Shown here piece by piece: positions 1 through 13,012 of a stretch of DNA of 64,000 bases. Below the pieces are notes generated by a model, which saw only the letters and a program-made list of their open reading frames with translations, was not told where the DNA came from and did not search any database. The position numbers were made by a program, and so were the translations under genes. The stretch is from Eledone cirrhosa (taxonomy: Eukaryota): NCBI GenBank assembly GCA_964016885.1, contig OZ024742.1, positions 23,684,001 through 23,748,000 on the forward strand. Reading direction: 5' to 3'. Positions within the stretch are counted from its first letter, which is position 1, and every line of letters begins with the position of its first letter.

Positions 1-410
1 ACCAGCAAATAATCCTGAAATCTGAAGTCTTAACCCTAATATTATAAATTAAATATTTTCAAATTTAACCGTTTAACTTTCGAATAAATCTCCTTCTGCA
101 TATATCACCCCCCCTACACACACGCACACACTTTATTTTTCCCTCTTTATAAATCCTTTTCCAGTGTCTATCACTGGCTGTTATGATTCATGAGACGTTT
201 TCCTAGATATATCGTAGTATCATACACTTTAAAACTTTTAGAACAGTTGCAGTATGCAACGTTTTTTTATTACTCACACATTCTCTAATGAATTTATTAC
301 GTTTTTGCATTTTCTCATAAATAGGATATAAGTAAAATTTTCTCTTGGGTTAATCACTACCTTGATTAAATCTTAACCATTTAACATCTCAGAGTATGTC
401 ATGTATCATT

Positions 411-467
411 ATATTTTGTCTGATGAGGACGTAATGTTGTACATCCGAAATATGTATAATAAAATGT
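411..467 (+). ncRNA. Type I hammerhead ribozyme (minimal, Penelope-type) at the 3' end of an element running off the window start
   Basis: atattttgt-CTGATGA-ggacgta(atgttg)tacatcc-GAAA-t(atgt)a-TA-ataaaatgt. Stem I has 9 bp with G-U pairs, stem II 6/7 bp, stem III is minimal. Followed by (TA)n. Confidence 0.8.
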
Positions 468-510
468 AATTGATCAAAAGAACATCTATTTTATTAATAC
501 TTATATTTTA

Positions 511-605
511 ATATATATATATATATTACGTGTATGAATGCCTAAGTTTCTATATGTCTTTGTATATTGGGGTGTATGTATATAAGCGTGTGTGTGTGTG
601 TGTGT

Positions 606-647
<42 letters not shown>

Positions 648-720
648 GTGTATGTATGTGTGTGTGCGCGCGTGTGTGTGTATGTGTGTGTGTGTATGTG
701 TGTGTGTGTGTGTGTGTGTG
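511..720. repeat. (TA)n/(TG)n microsatellite
   Basis: Direct reading. Representative of dozens of similar arrays across the window. Confidence 0.95.
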
Positions 721-994
721 CTTGTATTGAACATCCTGATACCTATCTTTCATCATCCATTTTAATTCCGCCAACCATTGTCCTAAACCTATTGTAAAGT
801 CATGATAAATGCTGTGGAAACTCTCCAACAGTTTCAGTCACTTGAAAAGTGTAAAGCATTATCAACTCTTTAATTCTGACTTAATGTTGGCATCATCTTC
901 TTTCACCCAAGTAATCATTCTCCTGTAAATTATTCGATCTTGGCACTCTTTTCTTTCATGTTTGTGTATATACATTTCTTTCTGAGAATATGAG

Positions 995-1140
995 CACAGC
1001 ATAGCCGAATAGCTAAGTCATTCTCTTCGCTATCATTAGGTCTCGGGTTCGAGCCCACTCTGTGTGCCATCCTTGTCAAACAAATCCTTGTAAGTAAAAC
1101 CAACCCTTCACCCTCTCCAGTGATAAAACTATAGAAGTAT
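995..1140 (+). mobile_element. Degenerate tRNA-derived SINE (family C)
   Basis: A-box-like gcatagccgaatagctaag and B-box gggttcgagccc. Related to the minus-strand copies at 14.2 and 44.6 kb. Confidence 0.5.
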
Positions 1141-1329
1141 TAGAATCAAAAATTGCAACACGCCTGTGCATTATTGTATTTTAGAAGGGAGCTTTAATAA
1201 TATATACGCCCAACCTGTCTTACGCTATCTCCCTTCCTAGATTTCCCAACGCTTCATTGTAATTTGTCTCGTTGTCTAAACACTGGACTTGTAGTCTCTA
1301 TTCTTTCCTATTTTTCTATTTCTCTCCTT

Positions 1330-1460
<131 letters not shown>

Positions 1461-1712
1461 GATTCACAGAAACCTACCGGAGTTATTGCTTAATATCGAC
1501 GCGATGGTCCAGGTTTGTCAAATTATCCTGAGTTGGTTTTCTCATTGCTCTGCTCCTTGCGTGACCTACCGGTCACAATCTTCAATTTGCCAAGCTGTCT
1601 AATCGTAATGTTATTACTCTAAGGTAAATTAACTTATTGAGTGCTTAGCTTCACATTCCGATTGCATTCGTTAGCTTAGCTGCAGCCAGAGCTTCCATTA
1701 TGCTGAACTTCC

Positions 1713-1835
<123 letters not shown>

Positions 1836-2107
1836 TGTGTGCACGCATCTTTCCCTTAACTTACAATCTGAGTCAATAACTCAAATTACTTCCTCAGTGA
1901 AACACCTGTATTCCACATACTTGAATTTTACCAGATTTTGTATATATATATATATTGAGTGGAACCAGTTTAGATTAGTAAGGCCATTGTTCAGGTAAGT
2001 ACTCAATACTTAGCAAATTAGAGTCTAACAGCTGAGCGCTTACCATTTCAACAGTGAGAGTTCAGTCGTCGGGCGTTACTAATTATATAATATTGTTATT
2101 TATAAAG

Positions 2108-2173
<66 letters not shown>

Positions 2174-2216
2174 TGCGCGCATCTTTTCTTAACTTACGAT
2201 TTGAGTCAATAACTCA

Positions 2217-2404
2217 GGGTGGTGAATTGGCAGTATCGGTAGAGGGTTGGACGCCATGCTTTCTAGCATAGTTACGTCCCTTTACAGTCTGAGTTCAAAT
2301 CCCGCCGAGGTTAACTTTGCCTTTCATCCTTACGGGGTCGATAAAATAAAGTACCAGTAATATACTGGGTAATTGCTGGCCTTGTGCCTAAAGTATAAAC
2401 AATT
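2217..2404 (+). mobile_element. tRNA-derived SINE (family A)
   Basis: A box tggcagtatcggtag, B box gagttcaaatcc, conserved body gccgaggttaactttgcctttcatccttacggggtcgataaaataaagtaccag, tail ggccttgtgcctaaagta. More than 15 copies in the window. Confidence 0.9.
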
Positions 2405-3875
2405 GTTATTTATAAAGTATATATATATATATATATATATGTAGAGAGAGAGAAAAGAGAGAGATAGGGGGTAAAAAGAAAACGATATATAAATATATAT
2501 GCATTGCGAGAGAGTGAGAGAGAGAGAGAGAAAGAGAGAGGGAGAGAGAGATAGAGATTAGTGAGATAGATAGAAAGATAAATGAGTAAACAGTTAAGAT
2601 TTATATCTCATCTTCGTATAATCTCTAATACCAAAGTGTAACTTATAATTATATATTTATTCTTTTCTGTTTAGTCTATAAATAATATCTTATTTATTTA
2701 GTCCACGAATCCTATATTTTAAAACTTGACTTCAAACAGCAGTTTATCAATCTTTCAATGTTGCTATTAATTTAATTTGCGGCCATGAGAACAACGAGAA
2801 ATAAGAATTTAAATATAATATGTCTTTTATTTTTCTTTTGTAATTCGTTCAATAAATGCAAATTCTCAATTTAGCTCAATCGTTAAATACAGAGGTATTC
2901 AACATTGACAGTTTTGCTCAGTCCTTAACAAGCCACTTGAATTATTATATGCAATAACTGTTTAGCTTAACTTAAATATATTGAATTAAACCGTAAAGAG
3001 AAAGGGTAGAAAGAAAAAATAAGCAGCAGAAACTTTCACAAATCTTTAAACTCAATAACCAATTTCATGATATATATAATTTATTTCGTCTTTCTAAATT
3101 TCAATCTCAGTCTTCCACCAAACAATAACGGATTGGAGGCGAAGGAGAGAAAAAAGTTGGTGTTTCTAATTTTATTGTGTTTTATATGTAATATGAAGAC
3201 AGGATTAAACATGAATTATGTCTTTTAAGAAAATTCGATTAGATTTTATAAAATATTGATGCCGAAGAATAATTGTAAATCCATCAGCACTCTCTCTTCT
3301 ACTGCCAAACACATAGGATACAAACCTCACCAGTAACCATTGTATTATAATTGAAATATGCATGAAACGTGAGTAGTTAATGGAGCAAGCTTTAAAACCT
3401 ACTATGCATGTATTATGTTACATTCTTAAATAATGAAATATCACTTCACTTATAAATCTAATGTGTTTTTATCTTTTATATTTTTCTTTGGCTTTCTTCA
3501 GTATAATTCAGTACTGTATAGATAATAACCCAAGCTTCGCTTTATATTCAACACAAATATATACTTATTTCATCACACACTGTTCAGCATGTATTGTGGT
3601 GAACATGATATAAGATATATATATATATATATATATCTGATAATAATAGGAAGCAGGAGGAGGAAGCAATATAATATCACCAATAAACTCTATAAATATG
3701 TGTAGGGGTGGAAGTACAACGAGAAGGAGAAAAATTTAGAGAGACGGTGGGGAGCATAAATACTTATGTCTATGATTATGTATATACACAGAGAAACATA
3801 TATATATATATATATTCGAAAAAAAACACAAATCCTCCATCTCAATTCTACTTTGAAAAGCACAGGAACGATAAG

Positions 3876-3935
<60 letters not shown>

Positions 3936-4059
3936 ATACATATATATACAAATATATATTTATATGTGTGTGTATCTGTGTCTGTGCCTGAGTCTGTCTG
4001 TGTGTGTGTGTGTTTGTCTTATCTATTCTTGAAATATATATATATATATATATATAAAG

Positions 4060-4880
4060 CTTCACAGGTGTACACTCAGCGATTCATAATCTTTATAAAC
4101 AGAATTGACATGGCCAACAGGATTGGAAGTGGTATCGAGACTGGTGTCTGTAGGATTAGTCAGTACATATTTGCAGATAACACGGTAGTACTTTACTCTA
4201 TAGAGGGTGATCTCAGACATCTATTGGATAGGTATGATGCAACGACAGGAATGAAACTATCTGCTTCAAGAACGTCTGCACAGTACACTCCGCATATGAA
4301 TGAAGGTGCACTGAAGGAGGTAAGAGGTGTTAAAGTATCTCGCTGCTCTGTTCTTGGTGGATGGAAGACAGGAGTAAGCGCAAGTATTGCAGGAACTAGT
4401 GTAAATAATGCTCCAGCTTCAGCACTTTGTCATCAGAAGAGAGGTAGGTGGAAAAGCAAACGCAGTTTTCGTGACAACCATTACCTATTGTCGTGAATCT
4501 TGTGTAATCACCGAAATAATACGATCGTTATTACAATTATCCGAACTGGGGTTCCTTCGAGATGTCGTTAGAGTAGCATTACTCGATAGAGTGCGTAGCT
4601 TGCAGAATAGTGTGTCGCTTCACATAGAGCCCCTGCTTCTCCGAATTCAGAGATCACAGATCTGGTAGAAAGGACAGGGAGTCAGATTTTCCGGGCAAAA
4701 CTTAATTTTAGGAGCCCCAGGTGCAGATCTCAGGCAGGATGGTTGGAAAGCATCCATGAATCCGGCTGGTCTCGGCTGGTTATCCATCCCGATCATTTGG
4801 AGACAAGTGCTTCTGACAAGACCCTCAGGAATAAGTGAAAGAAGAAGAGATACTAGAATAGTCATCGTCGTATCCAACGG
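4060..4880 (+). pseudogene. Degenerate RTE-clade non-LTR retrotransposon RT/C-terminal fragment
   Basis: FIIFINRI...YIFADNTVVL...DLRHLLDRY..TGMKLS (RT FADD region) and EPLLLRIQRSQIW (RTE-type tail). Frameshifted. Confidence 0.75.
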
Positions 4881-4926
4881 AAGTCCATCCTAGTGAATAC
4901 TTTATACATTACGATAATAACGTCTT

Positions 4927-5105
4927 TGGTGGATTGGCAGTATCGGTACGTCCTTTTACGTTCCGAGTTAAAATCCTACCGAGGTGAGCTTTCCATTTCA
5001 TCCTTACGGCGTTGATAAATTAAGTTACCAGTAACGCACTAGGATCGATTAGATCAATATTTTCCTCCGTTAAAATTGTCGACCTTGTGTCTAAAATAGA
5101 AACAA
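4927..5105 (+). mobile_element. SINE family A (diverged, head partly deleted)
   Basis: ggattggcagtatcggta...tttcatccttacggcgttgataaattaagttaccag. Confidence 0.8.
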
Positions 5106-5346
5106 TCATTAGATGTGGTTGTTAAGCTAGGACTACACAATAATATCTCTATTTACTAACCTCTTTCTACACTAAATACTTCCATTCATCATTTGACCCC
5201 ACTTTCTATATTCTTACCATTGCATATCTTCATTCATCTTTATATATTGGTCTTTTGTCTTTACTACACCACTGCAGCAGTAAAGGTTTTATATACACAT
5301 ACATATCCATACATATATCCACATATACATACATATATACATGCAT

Positions 5347-5411
<65 letters not shown>

Positions 5412-5522
5412 CATACATACATACATACATACATACATGTATACATATATACATACATACATATACATATACACACACACACACACATATATATATGTAT
5501 ATATATATATATATATACATAT

Positions 5523-5605
<83 letters not shown>

Positions 5606-6174
5606 TATGTTTGTGTGTGTATTTGCGTGTGTTTTTCTCTTCACCTTCAAACCAAAACAATGCAGAGAACATTAAAAAAAGAGAAAATCAGCAAACTCTA
5701 GTCTTCCCAGCCATTCTCAGCCGCACTAAACCAAACAATGTAAGCTAGAATATTTTCAAAAGAAAGTCGACCAAAATCTCATAGTTATTGTTACCAGTTC
5801 ACTGGATATAAAATATTTGGGGAGGGCGCGTACATAAAATATACTATCTGTTTTCTTCTTTTTAGAATTTTGGTTTTATATTTTAACGGTATCGTTTTAT
5901 GGTTTTGCTCCTACTTACTTTTTATTTTTCTCAATATTATTCTCGATGTTGCTAAGAGATGACTTCACTTTTATCAGACTACTTCCAACAGTTACCATTA
6001 TTAGTGGCATTATAGCAGATTTGTTTCATTAGCTTTGTCATTTTTATTCAGAGCTGTGCTACTAATAAACAGACTGAAGACTGAAAACTGAAAAGTAGTT
6101 TCAAGATATATAACAACATATATAATATAATGTGTGACTGCCATATTGACACTAACATACACACCAACATATAC

Positions 6175-6308
<134 letters not shown>

Positions 6309-6521
6309 TTATATATACCAACACATAGATACATACACACACATATATATATATATATCTGTGTACAAAATTGATGTTATTTTTATGTTATTTGCCATAA
6401 CTCTAATGTCTTTTCTGACTGTTTTACTTTTCATCGCCTTTCAGGTCACTTAGTACATTAATAATTGTTTTAACCGTAAATATTTGAAGTTCTATTTAGA
6501 CGTATATATATATATATATAT

Positions 6522-6712
6522 AACAAATGAATTGTGGTAAGGAACCAAATGGACCATAACGCACCAGAGTACTCAATACTTAGGGTAGTAGAGTGGGAAA
6601 TAGGAAAAGGTGTGACCCCGACGGCAGAGCTCAAGCCATTTCGACGGCTATTTCTGAGTACAGAAATAGCCGTCGAAACGGCTTGAGCTCTGCCGTCGGG
6701 GTCATACTTTTT
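6522..6712. mobile_element. Short fold-back insertion in (TA)n; 3' half of a hammerhead-bearing family (same family as 39088-39508)
   Basis: Palindrome 6613-6704. Shares ggtaaggaacca..ggaccataacgc..agtactcaatacttagggtagtagagtggg with 39.1 kb. Contains GAAAcggc..gccgTCgggg. Confidence 0.75.
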
Positions 6713-6769
<57 letters not shown>

Positions 6770-6894
6770 AGGGTAAATATTGATGCAATTCAATTCAAGC
6801 ACTCAACGTACTTTTGCCACACAGGAGTGACGGAGTAAATATCGAATAAGGAAAAGCGAAGTAGTTTCAGATGTTCAAGTCCTTTAATAATAAT

Positions 6895-6968
6895 GATGTG
6901 ATATATATTTCAGTGACGTCACTGGCCACACTGTTCTGTGTGCGAGTGTCGTGTCATCATCAGATAGC
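6895..6968 (-). ncRNA. Hammerhead ribozyme in left terminal repeat (stem I partly decayed)
   Basis: Minus strand: gctat-CTGATGA-tgacacgacact...agtgacgtcact-GAAA-tatata-TC-acatc. Confidence 0.6.
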
Positions 6969-8189
6969 TTGTTACATAATAAGGTTGTTTCCGAGGCAAT
7001 CCAAATTCAATCGACATGGGAACGGATGAAGTTCGTGCTTTTGGGTTTTTCATCCGTTCCCCTGTGAGTACCAATTCACCCCCACCGGTCTGCGCAAGCG
7101 CATGTCCGAAGGAAGTTGACCATTAGCCACCGTATATTTCAACGAAATTCCCTGTCAGTTCACCCTCTCAGCCAAAACAATGGCGCACCTATGCCCTACC
7201 AAAGTTTACTGCTACCCATCACTACTGTGGCAGTCAGCCGAAAGCCAGAGGAGATGGGAGGGTGTTAGTTTTTATAGGTCATAATACTACCTTTCACTAA
7301 GCGTTGACAGCAAGACAGACCATCAACTCATAAAGGAAAATAAACTTAATTCTAGGTACTATGGTTTTACATTGTAAGTTAACAGTGAGAGTTGGAAATA
7401 AAAATTAAAATCCTAAATCAAATATCAGAGATTATAAATTAAACAATTAAAAATTAAAAAATTCTAAATTCAAAAATTCTTCAAGTGATAATTCGGATTG
7501 AGTAAAAATATAGATTGAAGTGAGTAAATAATATGGAGAGAGATGTTTAAGTAATAAGTTCTGAGAGGGATTCTAGTGTCACAGTTACTCTATCCACATA
7601 TTGAACGACAGTGCCGTGCATTATAACGGAGGGCAAACTATATGGTTCAAGGCATTAGTCAATCCGTTACACGGTCATAATTTCCATCACATGGAACAAA
7701 ATCAAAGAAAAACAGACATAAAGTACACAAAGGAAAAGAAAAGAACAGAACCAATAGTGAATAAATGCAAACACACAGAGTACATATATGCAAAATGATC
7801 CATATGATTGTCCATCTGTCCATGTATAGATTGAATTGAGGGGGCTTCTGTTCAAATGCGATTTGGTGCAGGAAAATAGGGGTTTATCTTATTTTTTGTT
7901 TCCGCGTATTTATCCTGCCGAAAGTTACTATTACGCCCGTCCAGTGTAAGGGGTTTTTATCCCCATGGTAGAGGGAAATTCCGGGGTAGCTCTTGGTTGG
8001 TTCCGCTCTTCTCCACCGTATCGGTTACATCATAGAGCGCTCAACTAATCGGAGCTAAATTATTAGGGTAAACATTGATGCAATTCAATTCAAGCACTCA
8101 ACGTACTTTTTCCACATAGGAGTGACGGAGTAAATATCGAATAAGGAAAAGCGAAGTAGTTTCAGATGTTCAAGTCCTTTAATAATAAT

Positions 8190-8263
8190 GCTGTGATATA
8201 TATTTCAGTGACGACACTGGCCACACTGTTCTGTGTGCGAGTGTCGTGTCATCATCAGACAGC
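8190..8263 (-). ncRNA. Type I hammerhead ribozyme in right terminal repeat
   Basis: Minus strand: gctgt-CTGATGA-tgac acgacact..agtgtcgt cact-GAAA-t(atat)a-TC-acagc. Stem I is a perfect 5 bp, stem II has 8 bp, stem III is palindromic. Confidence 0.85.
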
Positions 8264-8320
8264 TTGTTACATAATAAGGTTGTTTCCGAGGCAATCCAAA
8301 TTGAATCGACAATTGAATCG

Positions 8321-8388
<68 letters not shown>

Positions 8389-8949
8389 AGTAAGTTAATT
8401 TTATAATTTTCTTATTTTACGTCTCTCATATTATTGTTCTGCAACCCCATGCATTGAACCACAATGTTACTAAGACAAAACCTATATATTTGCTAGCATT
8501 GATATGCATCTGTATGTATATATATGTTACTAGATATTAATTCTTTATAATTATCTCCAAATTATTTGTCGAGCAATATTGGCCATGACTGCTGCTATGG
8601 TAGTAGGCAGGCCGCTGTCTTATTAGTAAACCACGTTCCACTGATTGACCTCGATGTCACGTGATTGATTCTTTTTGAATTTGCCACAGACGCAGAGGCA
8701 GTGATTTTCTCAATGGCTAGGAATTCAGTCCACGCTTTGCTATTTCCTATCCACTGAATTATTTTTTAATAAGTTTCCAGAGTCCTCGCTTTGCCTGGAA
8801 ACTTAGCTGAGAATAGACTACCCTGACGACGGAATGTTTCTCTATATCTTCTTCGGAAAATATATTTACTCCATTCCAGAAACTAATTAGTAGGAAGTGA
8901 TATTTTAGTAAGTTAATTTTATAATTTTCTTATTTTACGTCTCTCATAT
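8389..8949 (+). mobile_element. 518-bp-unit non-coding element with 43-bp terminal direct repeat and a hammerhead, in (TA)n
   Basis: agtaagttaattttataattttcttattttacgtctctcatat at 8389-8431 and 8907-8949. (TA)n on both sides. Confidence 0.75.
8817..8898 (+). ncRNA. Type I hammerhead ribozyme
   Basis: actacc-CTGACGA-c ggaatg...cattcc a-GAAA-c(taatta)g-TA-ggaagt. Stem I 5/6 bp, stem II 6 bp, palindromic stem III ctaattag. Confidence 0.75.
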
Positions 8950-9061
8950 ATATATATACATATATATATGTATATATATATATGTGTGTGTGTATGTGCG
9001 TGTGTGTGTGTGTGTGTGCGAGTGTGTACATACGCATATTACGCATATTATATATATATAA

Positions 9062-9241
9062 GGGCGGTGGATTGCCAGTATCGGTAGAGAGTCGGACGCC
9101 ATGTTTTGAAGCATAGAGTTACGTCCCTTTATGATATGAGTTCAAATCCAGCCGAGGTTAACTTTGCCTTTCATCCTTACGGGGTCGATAAAATAAAGTA
9201 CCAGTAATGTACTGGTTTATTGCTGGCCTTGTGCCTAAAAT
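9062..9241 (+). mobile_element. SINE family A
   Basis: Full match to the family A head, body and tail. Confidence 0.9.
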
Positions 9242-9627
9242 ATATATATATATTATATATATATATATATATGTATGTGTATGTGCGTGTGTGTGTGTTC
9301 GCGCGTGCGTGTGTGTGCGTGTGCGTGCGGGCCCGTCTGGTTAAGTATTCGCTTGGGCATATTCTGTTCTTGACTTAAATATGTGTGCTGTATGAGTGCA
9401 TAGATAGATAGATATATAGAAAGTGACAGACAGAGAGAGAGAGAGAAAGAGATACTGAGAGGTATACAGACAGACATATACTAAGAGAGGAACAGTGAGA
9501 GTTAGATAGACAGACATGCTGACACGTAGAGAGAGAGAAAGAGAGAGAGAGGCAGTTAGATTTATAAACAGACAGGTATAGAGATAAATAGAGAAACAAC
9601 AATTTCAAATATATATATATAAATATT

Positions 9628-9809
9628 TATTTCTACTTTTGGCACAAGGCCAGCAATTATCCTAGTGTATTACTGGTACTTTATGTTATCGACCCCGTAA
9701 GGATGATAGGTAACGTTAACCTCGGCGGGATTTGAACACAGTCCGTTAAGGGGCGTAACTGTGCTGGAAAGCATGGTGTCCGACCCTCTACCGATACTGC
9801 CAATCCACA
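9628..9809 (-). mobile_element. SINE family A
   Basis: Reverse complement of family A (ccgatactgccaatcc head at 9791-9806). Confidence 0.9.
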
Positions 9810-10072
9810 AATATTGATACCCGCTTAACCTTTGAATTACATCTACTGTCCATCAGACGTGTTTCAAACAATATTTCAATACTTAATAATGACTATATTA
9901 CCATTGCTTATCAACGAGTTGATATTTTACCTCAATTGATAAATTGTAGAATTTACCACAAATACTACATAAATATTAATTCTCATTTAAATACAATACA
10001 GAATTTGTCATTTTGTATGTAGATACGCCAGTTCAAGGCGGCGAATTTTCTGATTCTTTTGAACAATTATTA

Positions 10073-10240
10073 ATGGCGGATTGGCAGTATCGGTAGAGGG
10101 TCGGACGCCATGCTCTGCAGTAAAGAGTTACGGCCCTTTACGGTCTGAGTTCAAATCCCGTCGGGGTTAACTTTGCCTTTCATCCTTACGGGGTCGATAA
10201 AATAAGTACCAGTAATGCACTGGATCATTGCTGGAAACAA
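10073..10240 (+). mobile_element. SINE family A
   Basis: ggcggattggcagtatcggtagagggtcggacgcc...gagttcaaatcc...catccttacggggtcgataaaa. Confidence 0.9.
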
Positions 10241-10349
10241 TTATTAATGTGAATTCCTTTCATTGTTTCTCACTTTTTGTTTCAATTTTGCTTGTTTAAT
10301 GTTGTTTAATGTGAGTCTCTTGTCAAATCTTTGGAGGCATTGAGTAAAT

Positions 10350-10730
10350 TGGCTTTCTTCTGTCAGCTACTGGTACTATGTAACCCAACACAACCTGCTT
10401 CATGGTTGAATAGTCGGCGACTAAACTGCGTGCCACACCAGACCCTGCTCTGGTGAGGAGTGTAAGTGGTACCCCGGCAGTAGAAAAAATAAGACCTATC
10501 AAATGATGGATTAACTCCTCACTGTCAACGGCTATCCACCCCAACTATGGGATCAATATCCTCACCAACTCGCAATTGACCAAAGTATTGCTGCACCCTT
10601 GACATGATCAAAACCAAACTGAAAGTAGTGGGGGTCAATCAGGGAGGGGTTCCTATAACAGGGTTGAGAAGGCCTCAGATTGGATTGGATGACACCCTAT
10701 CAACTGAATTGTACTATGAATAGTAGATTC
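10350..10730 (+). repeat. Dispersed non-coding repeat, homologous (inverted) to about 62040-62400
   Basis: Shared blocks ctg(t/c)cagctactggtac, gtcggcga(c/t)taaactg, cccaactatggg, gcaattg, tgcaccc and gattggattgga. Confidence 0.7.
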
Positions 10731-11068
10731 CTTTTCAGATAAGATTTAAAGTAGATTTTGTATCGTTAGTTTGAGAAGTGATATTTTCCCAGAATACGTA
10801 TTGGTGTTGAAACATATGTATATGTGCATATATAACTCAAATCATATATTCACACATGCTTAACTCCCACATAAATACATACAGACACACATACATAAAT
10901 ACCTAGGTGATGTCTATTTTCCAATGGAAGTGTCTTAGTTGTGTTAGAAACTGGCTGTCTCTATAAGTGAACATGGATATAATAATGCATACACACATAG
11001 AGAAACCACACAGAAATTAAACAAACACACCCCCACACACACACATACACATACATACGTACATACAC

Positions 11069-11110
<42 letters not shown>

Positions 11111-12353
11111 ATGTACACACATATCTATATAAATATATATATATGTGTGTGTGTTTATATATATATATATATAAATCACCATACACGAAAGCATGCATAC
11201 TGACATACATCAACACGTATAAACATACAGAAAGAAAACATACATATACACAGACACCCAAAGAGAAAACACACAAATATATAAATATACACCCAAACTC
11301 TCTATCTTACACAAACTGTCTCTCTCTCTCAACCACACACAAACACACACACACTAACATAGACACTCATACACACACAAACAAACACACACTAACATAG
11401 ACACTCATACACACACACACACTCTCACACACATATACACTGGCATAGACACTCATACACCTAAACACACACACACACACACACACACAATAGTTCAGAG
11501 TTACCATATTTCAAACAGCCAACTTTTTACTATTTTATACTGTTATTCTTTCTTTTTTTAGTTAACTTCACAAAGAAATGCCAGAATTACAAGATAAATG
11601 CCAGGAATTCAGTTCCAACCAAGAATTCCTTTATTTAGTATTATCATTATTATTATTATTATTTCTATTTTACTTTGATGTTTCTGATCAAATTCTTTAC
11701 TGTTCACTAACCAAAGGAATCCTGTCCCTAGAAGAGATGTTACAACTCTGCAAGAGTCACCAAATATCTTTAGTTCTTAATTGCATCACCTTACTGCGGT
11801 AGGCTCTCTTTTATAACTTTGGTCTAATTCCATCAATATGTCTGAGACCACTTAAAGTATTCTTGTTAAATGTGGCAACAAAACAAATAGAAAGTGACGT
11901 GATGTAGGAGATAAGATTGTTGTGTGCCGCTTGTGAGAAAAGTATTTTCTGTATTTTCTTATAGTCGAGAATTAGTCTGTTGTTGATAAGAGGATTCTAG
12001 CGTGATTGACTGTTCAATAGCATATATTGTATTGAACAATTGATTGGTCTCTCAATGAATTACAGTAAACTTCTCTGTTTGTGTGTGTAAGTGTGTGTGT
12101 TTGTTTGTTTGTTTGTGTGTAAGAGAGGGAGTGTGTGTGTGTGTTTGTTTGTTTGTGTGTAAGAGAGCGTGTGTGAGTGTGTGTGTTTGTTTGTGTGTAA
12201 GAGAGGGAATATGTGTGTGTGTTTGTGTGTGTTTGTGTGTATGAGAGAGATAGAAAGTGTGTGTAACTGCGTGTGTTTGTTTGTGTGTGTATGAGTGTGT
12301 GTGTGTTTGTGTGTGTTGTCTCTGTGTGTGTCTCTGTCCATTCTGTGTGTGAG

Positions 12354-12384
<31 letters not shown>

Positions 12385-12629
12385 AACATCATTCTTTCGA
12401 TATTTTACTGGTGTCAGTCATTGAACTAAGGCCAAGCTGTAGCACCGCTATAACAGGATTATATTATGGACCAAACAATTTTATTTTTTAAGACTGGTAT
12501 TTATCTTGACGAACCTCTAAGTTCATATAAACAAAGAGCAACATAAATTACAGATGTGGAGACACACACACACTCTCTCACACACACACACTCCTTCTCT
12601 CTCTCTCTCTCTCTCACAAACACATACAC

Positions 12630-13012
12630 ACATGTTTCTGTACAGTTTCCATCAAGCAACTTTCCTCTCATCCTCTTCTAGCCCGTAACTCCTGAGGTAT
12701 TCGAAAGGGTGCCGCTTTATCATAAGGTGTATCCAGGGTGCTATTTGAAAACCTGGCTGATACCATATCCTTTCCAGGTCTGAATACAATAGATTTCTTC
12801 CAGAGAAGGATAGAGAGAGTGAGAGAATGGAATATATAAAGAGATATAGAAGAAATATTGAACCCACTATTAGATTGGTACTTTTTTATTGGCCTCAAAT
12901 GGATGAAATATAAAGTTGACCTCGGCGGGATTTGAATTCAGAGACAAGAGAGCTGAAACAGATACTGCAAAGCATTCAATCTGATGTTCTAACGACTCTG
13001 CCAATTCACCAT
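12630..13012 (-). mobile_element. SINE family A variant with long 3' extension (also 14480-15312 and 16625-16810)
   Basis: Head ctgccaattcacc. Body aaagttgacctcggcgggatttgaattcaga. Extension tttcttccagagaaggatagagag is shared with the 14.6 kb and 16.7 kb copies. Confidence 0.65.

Larger units (their letters stand above)
6765..8311 (-). mobile_element. Non-coding element with 252-bp long direct terminal repeats, each containing a hammerhead (retrozyme-like or non-autonomous Penelope-like)
   Basis: 6765-7016 is nearly identical to 8060-8311 (offset 1295). Flanked by (TA)n on both sides. No credible internal ORF. Confidence 0.8.

Noticed and set aside
2020-2080. Minus-strand CCGACGA...GAAA hammerhead remnant
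   Set aside because: The core is mutated and stems I and II cannot be paired.
2217-2300. tRNA genes at SINE heads (also 54452, 55398 and others)
   Set aside because: A and B boxes are present, but there is no complete cloverleaf or acceptor stem, and each continues into a shared SINE body.
1843-2420. Local duplications (1843-1883 / 2176-2216 and 2092-2110 / 2402-2420) as a SINE target-site duplication
   Set aside because: The repeats do not directly bracket the SINE. More likely microsatellite-associated local rearrangement.
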